The notes under the pieces: model-generated | What the model was told of the DNA's origin: nothing | What the model saw: only the letters and a program-made list of their open reading frames with translations | Database searches by the model: none | Shown here: one piece after another, positions 19,963-29,177 of the stretch | Position numbering within the stretch: the stretch's first letter is position 1 | Layout of the letters: the number at the start of each line of letters is the position of its first letter | From: Candidatus Binatia bacterium | Lineage (GTDB): Bacteria > Desulfobacterota > Binatia > Bin18 | DNA: 64,000 nucleotides | Direction of reading: 5' to 3' | NCBI GenBank assembly: GCA_963422435.1 | Contig: OY729511.1 | Span: 244,208 to 308,207 of the forward strand | Position numbers and translations under genes: made by a program

Positions 19963-20886
19963 TTACACAAAATGGGGCAGAATGTCTTGTCCATAGTGTT
20001 CGAGCTGAGACGGAATGTCAGTCGGCGGACAAATAGGCCGGAGCACAAATTTATCACAACCAACTTCGACAAAGTGCGCGATCTGCTCCACGCACTCTTG
20101 GGCTGAGCCGATCAGCGAGCGCCGCATGATGACCTGCGGGTCGACCCGCAGACCGTGGAAGAACGGCGCAACCGTTTTCAGGGCTGCGGCCCGATCTTCG
20201 CACACATGAGTGAAGAGCAGCACCCCGGCCTCACGCGGATCAATCGTCCGCCCGTATTCCTCCCCATACACCTTGAGTTTTTCCATATCGCGCTGAAACT
20301 CGACAGGTGAAGTCAAGGCGGGGAACCAGCCGTCCCCGAGACGGACGACGCGTTTGAGAATTGCGTCACTCTTGCCGCCAATCCAAATATCGAGCGCACC
20401 CTGCTTCGGTTTGGGCTCAAGCGTCACATCCTCAAAATGGTAGAACTCTCCCTGATGCGTGACGTGCGACTCGGTCCACAGCTTGCGCAGAATCTCGATC
20501 CCTTCTTCGAGACGACGGCCACGGGCTTGAGGCGGCACCCCACACGCAACCAGATCGCGCGGATCGTTGCCGCTCCCGACAGCCATGATCATCCGACCGT
20601 TTGAAAGATAGTCGAGGGTGGCATAGGTCTTGGCCACCTGGACCGGATGTCGCGCCGGCAGGGTAAAAACACTCGGTCCCATTTTCAGGCGCGAGGTGCG
20701 CCCGGCAATCATGGCGAACAAACAGGAGATGTCCAGCGTGGGGTTGAGGGTCACAATATGATCGGACAACCATAACGAATCCAGCCCGGCGGCCTCTGCC
20801 GCTGCTGCGCTGTTGCACAGGAGTTCGGGGTCGGGTAAGCCATACTTCCACTGTCCAAAGCCGATACCGATTTTTACGCCACTCAT
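19963..20886 (-). CDS. LLM-class (possibly F420-dependent) oxidoreductase
   Basis: [38 protein letters not shown]. Confidence 0.9.
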   Translation of the reverse strand: MSGVKIGIGFGQWKYGLPDPELLCNSAAAAEAAGLDSLWLSDHIVTLNPTLDISCLFAMIAGRTSRLKMGPSVFTLPARHPVQVAKTYATLDYLSNGRMIMAVGSGNDPRDLVACGVPPQARGRRLEEGIEILRKLWTESHVTHQGEFYHFEDVTLEPKPKQGALDIWIGGKSDAILKRVVRLGDGWFPALTSPVEFQRDMEKLKVYGEEYGRTIDPREAGVLLFTHVCEDRAAALKTVAPFFHGLRVDPQVIMRRSLIGSAQECVEQIAHFVEVGCDKFVLRPICPPTDIPSQLEHYGQDILPHFV

Positions 20887-20986
20887 GCTGCTCCTCCGCA
20901 CTCTTTCCGACGTGTGCTTCTCGCTGTATATAGGTGAAGCTATCAGACCGGAGCAAAGAGTACAGACCAACGAGGGAGCGTACACT

Positions 20987-21379
20987 ATGGGCAGTAAAGT
21001 CGAGAAGACCGAAGAGGAATGGCGCGCGCAGCTCACCCCCGAGCAGTTTGCCGTCTGTCGGATGAAGGCGACCGAGCGACCGTTCTCGGGCGCATACAAC
21101 ACGTGCAAAGATGAGGGTATCTATCAGTGCGTGTGTTGCGGCACCGAATTGTTTTACTCATCCACCAAATACGAATCGGACAGTGGTTGGCCCAGCTTCT
21201 GGGAGCCAGCGCAGCCGGACAGCGTACGCCTGGAGACAGACCAGAGCCACGGCATGATCCGGACCGAAGTGCTGTGTAATACCTGTGATGCCCACCTCGG
21301 CCATGTCTTTGACGATGGCCCACCACCGACCGGACAGCGCTACTGCATGAACTCCCTTTCGCTTCAGCTCAAGACGTAA
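20987..21379 (+). CDS. msrB: Peptide-methionine (R)-S-oxide reductase, Zn-binding
   Basis: [36 protein letters not shown]. Confidence 0.96.
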   Translation: MGSKVEKTEEEWRAQLTPEQFAVCRMKATERPFSGAYNTCKDEGIYQCVCCGTELFYSSTKYESDSGWPSFWEPAQPDSVRLETDQSHGMIRTEVLCNTCDAHLGHVFDDGPPPTGQRYCMNSLSLQLKT

Positions 21380-21466
21380 AAAAGAGGATGGGCCTCTGTC
21401 CTTGCTGACAAGCCCTTTTCGTCGGTAGAGACAGAGAGTAGCAGCAGGCCAGCCAAGGCGCCCAGG

Positions 21467-21567
21467 ATGGCTCGTTTGTTTAACGACATCACCGAAACCA
21501 ACTGGTTGTTATTCTGGCCAACTCGGCTGAACGGTATGTGAGTACGGCGCTGGTTGAGGACCTCTAG
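21467..21567 (+). pseudogene. cysK: Collapsed cysteine synthase A remnant
   Basis: Start MARLFNDITET joined out of frame to end LVVILANSAERYVSTALVEDL*; both match CysK termini from memory. Confidence 0.72.
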
Positions 21568-21582
21568 GGCGGACGATCTCCC

Positions 21583-21780
21583 CTACCCCTTCGGCTTGAC
21601 CAGCTTGAAAACTTTACGGATGACAGCCGAGGTATTCTCATACGGGGCAGCCGCGCCCAGATCCGTAATCTCCATATAGCGATCCCGAATCTGTTCCGGC
21701 TGTGGAATCGTCTGAGGGTCAAACAGCGCCCCGGCTGCTTCCCGGACTTCTATCTTGGCGTAATAGCCCGCCCCCATGAG
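21583..21780 (-). pseudogene. C-terminal fragment of an SDR (MFE-2-like) dehydrogenase
   Basis: GAGYYAKIEVREAAGALF...PQPEQIRDRYMEITDL resembles the tail of these SDRs; no N-terminal Rossmann fold upstream. Confidence 0.55.
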
Positions 21781-22061
21781 GTGTACGTCAATCAGCGACC
21801 GAACCTTGAGCAGCATAGTAAAACTGTCATCAGCTTGCTGGACCGTATTTACGAGAAAACGAGCAAAACGCTCTGCCGAGGAAATCAGAAACACCTTAAA
21901 GAGCAAGAAGAAAAGCTCAAAGACTTGAGAATCAAAAAATCGGGAGGCTTCGTAGCGCTTGGACCAGACGGGTCAAAAATTATTATGACTGGAACAACAG
22001 ACTCCTAGAAGCAGTATCCCTTTCCAACCGCTCATAATCCTCCCCTGTCACTTGTGTGCGC

Positions 22062-22355
22062 CTACAAACACGTTCCATAAAGGCTCCCTGCACCTTTGAC
22101 GCACTGGTTGCCGGGACCACAGTCCGTGTCAAACTTGCACGTATTACCCTGCTTTCCAGTGAAATCGCGCGGGTTTCTTGAAGGGCGGCGATCATTATCG
22201 TTTCCAGGGAATAAACCACCCACGCACTATCCGTAGAGAGAGCCGCTGGCTTTCACACACCTTGAGCCAGGCTTACAATCCGTATCGAACATACAAGCAG
22301 TAGCAGGAGCCGCCCACAGGACGGACACACAGAGGCACAAGACAAGGCGATACAT
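22062..22355 (-). pseudogene. Secreted cysteine-rich two-repeat peptide gene with an in-frame TAG at codon 43
   Basis: AAGGA then MYRLVLCLCVSVLWAAPATA-CMFDTDCKPGSRCVKASGSLYG*C...CKFDTDCGPGNQCVKGAGSLYGTCL*. Confidence 0.82.
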
Positions 22356-22743
22356 TGCGTTTCCTTCTTGCACCTCTCAAGTCCCGGCGGGATTGCCGGG
22401 CCGTATCTACTGCACAACAGTGAATGGAGTGGGCCCTGCATATTCACCACAACGCGGGGCATGACTCCCGCGCAGCATGGTGGTTCTTGTATTCAGCAGG
22501 CGACCCGACTCAACGGACACACCGCTGGCAGTAGCTGGACGAGACGATGCCTAATGGGAGAAGGAATATCAATGGTAGGGATAGAGACAGATTAAGCTTT
22601 ACGACCGGAAACGAGGAAAGGCTGTTTTGATAAGAGCGCTTCGCCCAGATATACAAGGAGGCAACATATTCTCCCCTCCCTCCGATCCTGCTACAACACA
22701 TCCCAGAACAATTTGAGCATATTGCATTTGCCGCTACGCCAAG

Positions 22744-22768
22744 GCCTGTCTTGAGCGGAGTCGAAAGG
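22744..22768 (+). repeat. Mini-element copy, intergenic (25-bp variant)
   Basis: gcctgtcttgagcggagtcgaaagg; its end runs into the purine-rich RBS region of the next gene. Confidence 0.75.
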
Positions 22769-22777
22769 AGGGAGTCG

Positions 22778-24232
22778 ATGTCAGCACACCAGACAGCCGA
22801 GCACATTCATTCACAATTGAGCCATCCGGTTATTGACTCAGACGGTCACTGGATCGAGTTTGAGCCCGCGGCCATGGACTATTTGCACGAGGTCGCGGGA
22901 GAGCGCGTAGTTGAGCGCTACAGCCAGGTTGCCAACCAGTTCGGCAATAGGAAATGGGCAGGCCTCTCGGAAGAGGAACGCCGCGACCGGCGGATGCTCC
23001 AGCCGGCCTGGTGGGGGGTGCCGACCAAGAATACGCGTGACCGTGCGACGGCCATGCTGCCCAAGCTGCTGTACGAACGCCTGGATGAGCTGGGCATCGA
23101 CTTTGGGGTGATCTACCCGACCGGAGGAGCGCTGTTTGCCCCGTTTCTACGCGATGACGAAATCCGCCGGGCGGCCTGTCGTGCGTTTAATATGTATACA
23201 GCCGACCAGTTCAAGGGCCTGCAAGACCGCCTGACTCCCGCCGCGGTGGTGCCGATGTTTACCCCGGAGGAGGCGATTGAAGAGTTGGAGTTCATTAAGA
23301 GCAAAGGCTTTAAGGTGGCCATGCTGTCCAGCCTGATCCGGCGTCAGGTTCCGGCGGTGGCGCGTAAAGCCCCCGAGGCCGGCCGCTATGCAATCTGGCA
23401 CGATACCCTGGGTATAGACAGCGCGCATGATTATGACCCGGTCTGGGCGAAATGCCTCGAAGTGGGGATCCCACCCAGCTTTCACTCGGCCTCGTCAGGC
23501 ATTGGGATGCGGGCCTCGATTTCCAATTTTGTGTACAACCACATCGGCCATTTTGCCCAGGCCGGAGAGGCGGTGTGTAAATCCATCTTCATGAACGGCG
23601 TGACGCGGCGTTTCCCGGAACTGCGCTTTGCCTTTTTGGAAGGCGGCGTGGGGTGGGCCTGCGGCCTGTATAGCGACCTCATCGGGCACTGGAAAATTCG
23701 CAACCCCAAGGCCCTGGATAATGTGAATCCCGCCAATCTGAACCAGGAAATGCTGGTCAATTTGTTCCAGAAATATGGCTCGCCCGCAGCGGTGGAAAAG
23801 CTGGGGCAGAAAGCGACTCAGGCCCATCTCGGCCTGCTCACCAAGGAGCCGGAAAAACTGGACGACTTCGCGCCCTGCGGGATTGAGCGCGCCGAAGACA
23901 TCCGCGACCTGTTCGTGCCGAATTTCTACTTTGGCTGCGAGGCCGACGACCCGCTGAACGCCTGGGCCTTCAACACCACCGTCAATCCGTATGGGGCCAA
24001 GATCAACGCCCTGTTTGGTTCGGACATCGGCCACTTCGATGTGCCGGACATGGCCGGGGGGTTGCCCGAGGCGTATGAAAACGTTGAGGACGGGGTGATG
24101 ACGGACGGTCATTTCAGGGATTTTGTGTTCGCAAATCCCGTCCGCTTCTGGAGCGCCGTCAACCCGGACTTCTTTGCGGGAACGGTGGTGGAGTCACAGG
24201 CGCGGGCGCTGGTGGCGGAGGGGGATGCTTAG
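22778..24232 (+). CDS. Amidohydrolase family protein (Amidohydro_2)
   Basis: IDSDGH, RRFPELRFAFLEGG, FYFGCEADD, GSDIGHFD. Confidence 0.92.
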   Translation: MSAHQTAEHIHSQLSHPVIDSDGHWIEFEPAAMDYLHEVAGERVVERYSQVANQFGNRKWAGLSEEERRDRRMLQPAWWGVPTKNTRDRATAMLPKLLYERLDELGIDFGVIYPTGGALFAPFLRDDEIRRAACRAFNMYTADQFKGLQDRLTPAAVVPMFTPEEAIEELEFIKSKGFKVAMLSSLIRRQVPAVARKAPEAGRYAIWHDTLGIDSAHDYDPVWAKCLEVGIPPSFHSASSGIGMRASISNFVYNHIGHFAQAGEAVCKSIFMNGVTRRFPELRFAFLEGGVGWACGLYSDLIGHWKIRNPKALDNVNPANLNQEMLVNLFQKYGSPAAVEKLGQKATQAHLGLLTKEPEKLDDFAPCGIERAEDIRDLFVPNFYFGCEADDPLNAWAFNTTVNPYGAKINALFGSDIGHFDVPDMAGGLPEAYENVEDGVMTDGHFRDFVFANPVRFWSAVNPDFFAGTVVESQARALVAEGDA

Positions 24233-24613
24233 CTACAACACCAGTCCGGCTCACCCGCGGCGTGGCCGTGGCGCTCGGCCCGGAGCTGACGCATACCGTC
24301 CAGCATATGCTGCCGGTCAATGGGTTGGGCGAGTTCATTCTGAAACTCCTGTCTGAAACTCCTGTCTGAAACTCCTGTCTGAAACTCCTGTCTGAAACTC
24401 CTGGTAGAGCCGCATGATATTGGGCAGCATCCGCTCGGGCTCACGCCAGCCGGCGTAGATGTCGGGATCCAATTGCCGACATGCCCCTGGAAGGCCAGGG
24501 GCGTGACATCACTTACACCCAGTTCACCGTTACGCCTGGATATGGGCCCAGGCTTTCGGAGCGCCCTCCTCAATCCCCGTCCGCCAGCCTGCGGGAGTGA
24601 TAGAGTCATGCAT
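24229..24613 (-). pseudogene. MBL-fold hydrolase pseudogene (multiple deletions, frameshifts, VNTR)
   Basis: Fragments in shifting frames: MHDSITPAGWRTGIEE...WAHIQA / NGELGVS-DVTPLAFQGHVGNWI / YAGWREPERMLPNIMRLYQEFQ. The HxHxDH core is absent. Confidence 0.62.
24339..24403. repeat. Perfect tandem repeat, 13 bp x 5
   Basis: (tctgaaactcctg)5 read directly. Confidence 0.97.
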
Positions 24614-24627
24614 AGGACTGCCCGCGT

Positions 24628-25728
24628 TTAGAGGTTGAATAAGCGGGCGGCGTTCTCACTTAATATCTTTTTCTTCAGTCCGTCCGACAGATCAGGCCGC
24701 TCATAGAGGGCTTTAACTGAATCCGGGCACATGCAGTCCCAGTGCGAGTAGTCCGAAGCATAGATGAGGCGCTCTTCCCCGATCAGTTGGGCCACGAACG
24801 GAATGGTCTTTTCTTCCGGCTCGACCGCGAAAAAGCAGTGCTCGCTCGCAATCCAGGCCTCAGGGCTGCGTTGCTGCCAGGGCATTTGCTGCGGCAGCAG
24901 CTCATAGTGCTCGTGGAGCCGATCCATCATCCACGGGACCCAGCCGGCGCCGGCTTCCATAAAGGCCACCTTCAGCTTCGGGAAGCGCTCCAAAATTCCC
25001 CCGGAGGCAAACGAGGCGACGGCCAGCATGGTGTCAAGCGAATAGAAGGCATGCTTGAACACGTAGCGATCAAAGCGATCAACACCCGCGGAGTTGGTTG
25101 AGATGATATGCGCACAAATGGGGACGCCCAGGCCCTGGGCTTCTTCCCAAATCGGGTCGAACTCGGCTTCGTGCAAGAGCTTGCCGCCGAAATTCGTCAG
25201 GACCTGGACCCCGACCATGCCAAGTTGTTCGACCGCCCGTCTGATTTCGACCCGAGCCGCCTCAGGGTCCTGCATGGGAATCATGGCGATGCCTTTGAGG
25301 CGGTCAGCATAGGGTTTGCAGTATTCAGCCAGCCAGTTGTTATACGCAACCGAGACCGCCATACCCAGGCCAGGATCTTCAATGGACGCTGCGGCACCGA
25401 GCCCGATAAAGGTCCCGAACAGGACGGCGATGTCGATCCCTTCGAGATCCATATCGGGGATACGCTTGTGCGGGTCCTGCATCCCCGCACGGTCCCAACC
25501 CCATTGGTGGGCGGGTTTCTTGGGCTCAGGCCACATGCCGAGTTGGCCGTAGAAGTCACGCCGGCTGGGCCACATTTTGCCCTCAACCACCAGATGCTTG
25601 CGACCATCCGGGTAGCTCACCCAACAGGGTGCGTCCTTATGATAGCGCTCGGGCAATAACTCAACCCAGTTGACAGCCTTCTCATCGACATGTCCATCGG
25701 CATCAATGACGGTATAGTCAGGTCTCAT
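24628..25728 (-). CDS. Amidohydrolase family protein (Amidohydro_2)
   Basis: IDADGH, DMDLEGID, ERFPKLKVAFMEAG, ASDYSHWD. Confidence 0.92.
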   Translation of the reverse strand: MRPDYTVIDADGHVDEKAVNWVELLPERYHKDAPCWVSYPDGRKHLVVEGKMWPSRRDFYGQLGMWPEPKKPAHQWGWDRAGMQDPHKRIPDMDLEGIDIAVLFGTFIGLGAAASIEDPGLGMAVSVAYNNWLAEYCKPYADRLKGIAMIPMQDPEAARVEIRRAVEQLGMVGVQVLTNFGGKLLHEAEFDPIWEEAQGLGVPICAHIISTNSAGVDRFDRYVFKHAFYSLDTMLAVASFASGGILERFPKLKVAFMEAGAGWVPWMMDRLHEHYELLPQQMPWQQRSPEAWIASEHCFFAVEPEEKTIPFVAQLIGEERLIYASDYSHWDCMCPDSVKALYERPDLSDGLKKKILSENAARLFNL

Positions 25729-25764
25729 GTTTCCCTCCTATGTCTTTTTCTTTCCACCTGCTCG

Positions 25765-27948
25765 CTAGGGCGTCACATAACGCCGACGAAATTCCGCGTA
25801 CTCTATTGCGGCCCGGAGCGCGGCAACCGCTCGATGGGCGCTGGGGTAGCACACCCGACCGGCTGCGCGGACAGCCAGGGGGCCGGCATTGCCGTACTCC
25901 CCAGCAGTATAGACGAGTTCGGTGGTCGTGAGGACTGGTTTCTTATGCTTGTCTGAAGCCTCGACCGCGGCTGCGGCATAGCGCCGCTCCTGGTTTTCAT
26001 GGAATCCGGCCATACGCTCCAAGCCGTAGTCCGGATAGAATGTCCCGCCCTTGAACCCGTGGGCGGTTGCGGCCTGAATACCCAAGCCAAGGTGCAGCAC
26101 CGCATCGACCTCGGGGTGGGCACAGACGAGGTCCAGGATCTCAGGAACCGTATCGCGGGTCTCGCCGCCCGCCAGATCAATCGGATTGTTGTGGCTCCAG
26201 CGGGCCGGGACCAGAGTACTGATCGTCTCGACCAAGTCTTGGGGGAGAGGGATAAGGTCGAGCCCCGCCTGGGCGCAGGCATCCGCGGTCAGGACCCCCC
26301 AGCCGCCAACGGTGGTAAAGACCACGACTCGTCTCCCGTGTGGGAGCGGCTGGGTCGCCAGGGTTGCCGCCCACTCAAAGGCGTGTTCGATCGTCGGCGC
26401 TCGCACTATGCCAAACTGGCGACACAGCCCATCAAAGACACGGTCATCCGTCGCCAGTGAACCGGTGTGCGATAAGGCCGCCCGCTGTCCCTCTGCGGCA
26501 GCGCCGCCTTTCACCAGCACCAAAGGTTTGCGCTGGGTGAGCGCACGGACGGCGTCAATAAAATGAGGACCGTCAGGAATGCCCTCGAGATAGGCAAGCA
26601 CGACATCGGTTTCCGGGTCGGCCGCAAAATATTCCAGATAATCGGCGATATTCGTGTGGGCCGAGTTGCCGGCAGAGACCGCCTTACTCACGCCGACTCC
26701 GGTCTGGACGGAATAGTTCAAAAAGGCCGACAGCAGGTTCCCGCTCTGACTCACAACGGACAGGCGACCCGCCGGGGGATACGGCGCCACAATCTGGGCG
26801 CACATGGATACCGGCGTCGAGATCACTCCTTGACCGTTCGGCCCGGCCAGCAGCATGCCGAGTTCCTGGGCGGTTTCGACGAGTTCGTTTTCCAGGCGTC
26901 GCCCCGCCTCTCCCGCCTCCCGATAGCCCCCACTGGCGACAAAGGCGGCCCGCACGCCGATCTTGGCACAGGAACGCAGGAGTGCGACATTGGCCGCAAC
27001 GGGGGTACACACAAAGAGGAGGTCTGCCTTATTCGGCGGAATTTCCTCTACCGTCCGATAGCTTGGTTGGCCGAGAATCTCCGCGCCGTCACGATTGACC
27101 GGAAAGATGTCGCCCCGATACCCGAAGCGTCTGAGGTTGTGCAGAGAGACAAAGCCGAATTTCCCCGGATGTGAGGACGCCCCGGCCACGACCACGCCAC
27201 GCGGGTGAAACAGCGGGCGGAAGCGTTCCAGGGTCTCTTCAGGGGTACGCCTTTGCACGGTTGGTCTGGTGCGGGGCGTCTTATTCGTGACGACCAGCGC
27301 GTCAACCGCAACGGGTTTGCCGTTGACAACAATCAGCGGATTCACATCCACGCTCTCAATGTCGGGCCGTTCGACGGCCAGGCGGCTCAGCCCGACCAGG
27401 AGATCGGCCAGGGCATCGAGGTCAACCGGATCTTCACCACGAAACGGTTGGGTGACCAGATGTTTGAACCGCAGCCCCTCAACCATGGCACTCGCTTGCG
27501 TGTGGGAGAGCGGCGCTAGAGCAAAGACCACATCGCCGAGCGCTTCGGTCAGAACGCCGCCAAGTCCCAGGAGTACGCACGGGCCAAACTGAGGATCGCG
27601 GACCATACCGGCGATCAACTCTCGGCGCCCGACAACCATCTCGGCGACGAGCAGACCGACTTCGCCATCGTCATCCCGACGTCGCGCCCACAGCGCGTGC
27701 GCCGCCCGCTCAACCGCCTGGACCGTATCAAGGCCGAGGCGGACGAGGTTCCGTTCGGTCTTGTGAGGAATACGCGCCCCGCACAGTTTTACCACAACCG
27801 GCAAGCCAATATCCATTGCCGCACGCCCAGCCTCGGAGGGGTCCTGGACGAGGACCCCTTGAGAAATGACGCCCCCATATCCGGCAAGCACCCGCTTTGA
27901 TTCATACTCGGACAGGGTCGGGGTTTGCGGCTCAATCGAACGTTTCAT
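25765..27948 (-). CDS. ADP-forming acyl/acetate-CoA ligase, beta-alpha fusion
   Basis: N-terminal ATP-grasp (SEYESK, HKTE, RDPQFGP, DVNPL) then CoA-binding domain (GPNGQG, SQSG, SHTGSLA, NNPIDL). Confidence 0.9.
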   Translation of the reverse strand: MKRSIEPQTPTLSEYESKRVLAGYGGVISQGVLVQDPSEAGRAAMDIGLPVVVKLCGARIPHKTERNLVRLGLDTVQAVERAAHALWARRRDDDGEVGLLVAEMVVGRRELIAGMVRDPQFGPCVLLGLGGVLTEALGDVVFALAPLSHTQASAMVEGLRFKHLVTQPFRGEDPVDLDALADLLVGLSRLAVERPDIESVDVNPLIVVNGKPVAVDALVVTNKTPRTRPTVQRRTPEETLERFRPLFHPRGVVVAGASSHPGKFGFVSLHNLRRFGYRGDIFPVNRDGAEILGQPSYRTVEEIPPNKADLLFVCTPVAANVALLRSCAKIGVRAAFVASGGYREAGEAGRRLENELVETAQELGMLLAGPNGQGVISTPVSMCAQIVAPYPPAGRLSVVSQSGNLLSAFLNYSVQTGVGVSKAVSAGNSAHTNIADYLEYFAADPETDVVLAYLEGIPDGPHFIDAVRALTQRKPLVLVKGGAAAEGQRAALSHTGSLATDDRVFDGLCRQFGIVRAPTIEHAFEWAATLATQPLPHGRRVVVFTTVGGWGVLTADACAQAGLDLIPLPQDLVETISTLVPARWSHNNPIDLAGGETRDTVPEILDLVCAHPEVDAVLHLGLGIQAATAHGFKGGTFYPDYGLERMAGFHENQERRYAAAAVEASDKHKKPVLTTTELVYTAGEYGNAGPLAVRAAGRVCYPSAHRAVAALRAAIEYAEFRRRYVTP

Positions 27949-28146
27949 AACGGTACGGTTACCCCTCCTGGTCAGTCGTGTCCGCGCCTCGTCATAAGGA
28001 ACAGGGTGAACGGGCCTGAAAAGTACGAAATACTAGCACACCCGGGGCCGCTCGGGCAGGCGGCAGCGGACCGTGGTCTTGAGGGGTTGCTTTCACACAG
28101 GTGAGGCATTAGTTATTGTGCACCTCGCAGACGAAAAGGGGACAGC

Positions 28147-29049
28147 GTGAACGCTTCGGTCAGGCTTATCGAACAAGTGATTCCTTCAACGGTTGCCATT
28201 CAGGTCACCGTTCCCGCTCAGCATCAATCTGCCCAACTGTTAGGCACTGAGCGTATGGGGTCCGGGGCAGTGGTGAGTCCGGACGGCTATATTCTGACCG
28301 TCAATTACATTGTTATTGGCGCGTCTCAGGTTCAGGTCAGTATGATTGACAACACCCAGCTTGAAGCCGAAGTCGTGGCCCAGGATTTTGCGAGCGGAAT
28401 TGCCATATTAAAAATATCTCAAACCGGCTTTCCCGCCGTCCCGCTCCAGCTTTCCACGGCACTGCACGCAGGCGATGAGGTGTTCCTGGTCGCCAGTGCA
28501 GGAGAAAAAAATGGCCGGCGGGTGAATGGCGGCGGACTCACCTCGGTTTCCCAGTTTGATGCCTACTGGGAGTATAGCCTGGAGCGGGCGTTGACGAGTA
28601 CGGCTATGAATCCGGGCTTAGGCGGCGGTCCCATGTTCGATATGCATGGCCGTATGGTCGGCGTCGTTTCCCTCAACCTCAATGAGATTGGAAAGTTTTC
28701 CCTGGCTATTCCAGTTGAGCACTTCACCGAACATCAAGACGAACTCCTGCGGTATGGACGGCGGGTCACCCGGCCCTCACGCGCCTGGATCGGCATGTAT
28801 TCGTATACGCTCAAAGAACACGTCGTTATCGCGGGCCTGTTATCCGACGGTCCAGGTGCCAAATCGGGGTTGAAAACCGGAGATGTGGTTCTCGCCATCG
28901 ACGAGAAAGAAGTCGCCGACCGACGCGCCTTTTATGAGCAGCTCTGGAGCCGGCCCGCTGGCGAGACCATTCTGTTTCGTGTCTTTCGGAATAATGCCGT
29001 CCAGAGTGTTCCGGTCGTTTCCGGCAATGTCGAGGAATTTTTCGGCTAA
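28147..29049 (+). CDS. S1C/HtrA-like trypsin + PDZ protein, apparently lacking catalytic His and Ser
   Basis: GSGAVVSPDGYILTVNYIV, MNPGLGGGP, C-terminal PDZ (GLKTGDVVLAID). Confidence 0.85.
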   Translation: MNASVRLIEQVIPSTVAIQVTVPAQHQSAQLLGTERMGSGAVVSPDGYILTVNYIVIGASQVQVSMIDNTQLEAEVVAQDFASGIAILKISQTGFPAVPLQLSTALHAGDEVFLVASAGEKNGRRVNGGGLTSVSQFDAYWEYSLERALTSTAMNPGLGGGPMFDMHGRMVGVVSLNLNEIGKFSLAIPVEHFTEHQDELLRYGRRVTRPSRAWIGMYSYTLKEHVVIAGLLSDGPGAKSGLKTGDVVLAIDEKEVADRRAFYEQLWSRPAGETILFRVFRNNAVQSVPVVSGNVEEFFG

Positions 29050-29177
29050 GCCCTATTCCTGTCAGCAACCGTCTGTCGCAGATCCCCCGCCCCGGTGGGC
29101 TTCCTCATCCCTTTTGACGTATCCCATAGCCCTTTCTTGCCGCGAGTCTGATACAATATCCACAGGGAGGGCGGCGT

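Noticed and set aside
20987-21379. Additional selenoproteins (MsrB, OsmC, TlpA)
   Set aside because: All use Cys codons at their catalytic positions.
22370-22740. Short ORFs or ncRNA upstream of the Cys-peptide gene
   Set aside because: No convincing RBS, motif or structure found in any frame.
24339-24403. CRISPR array
   Set aside because: 13-bp units with no spacers and no cas genes.
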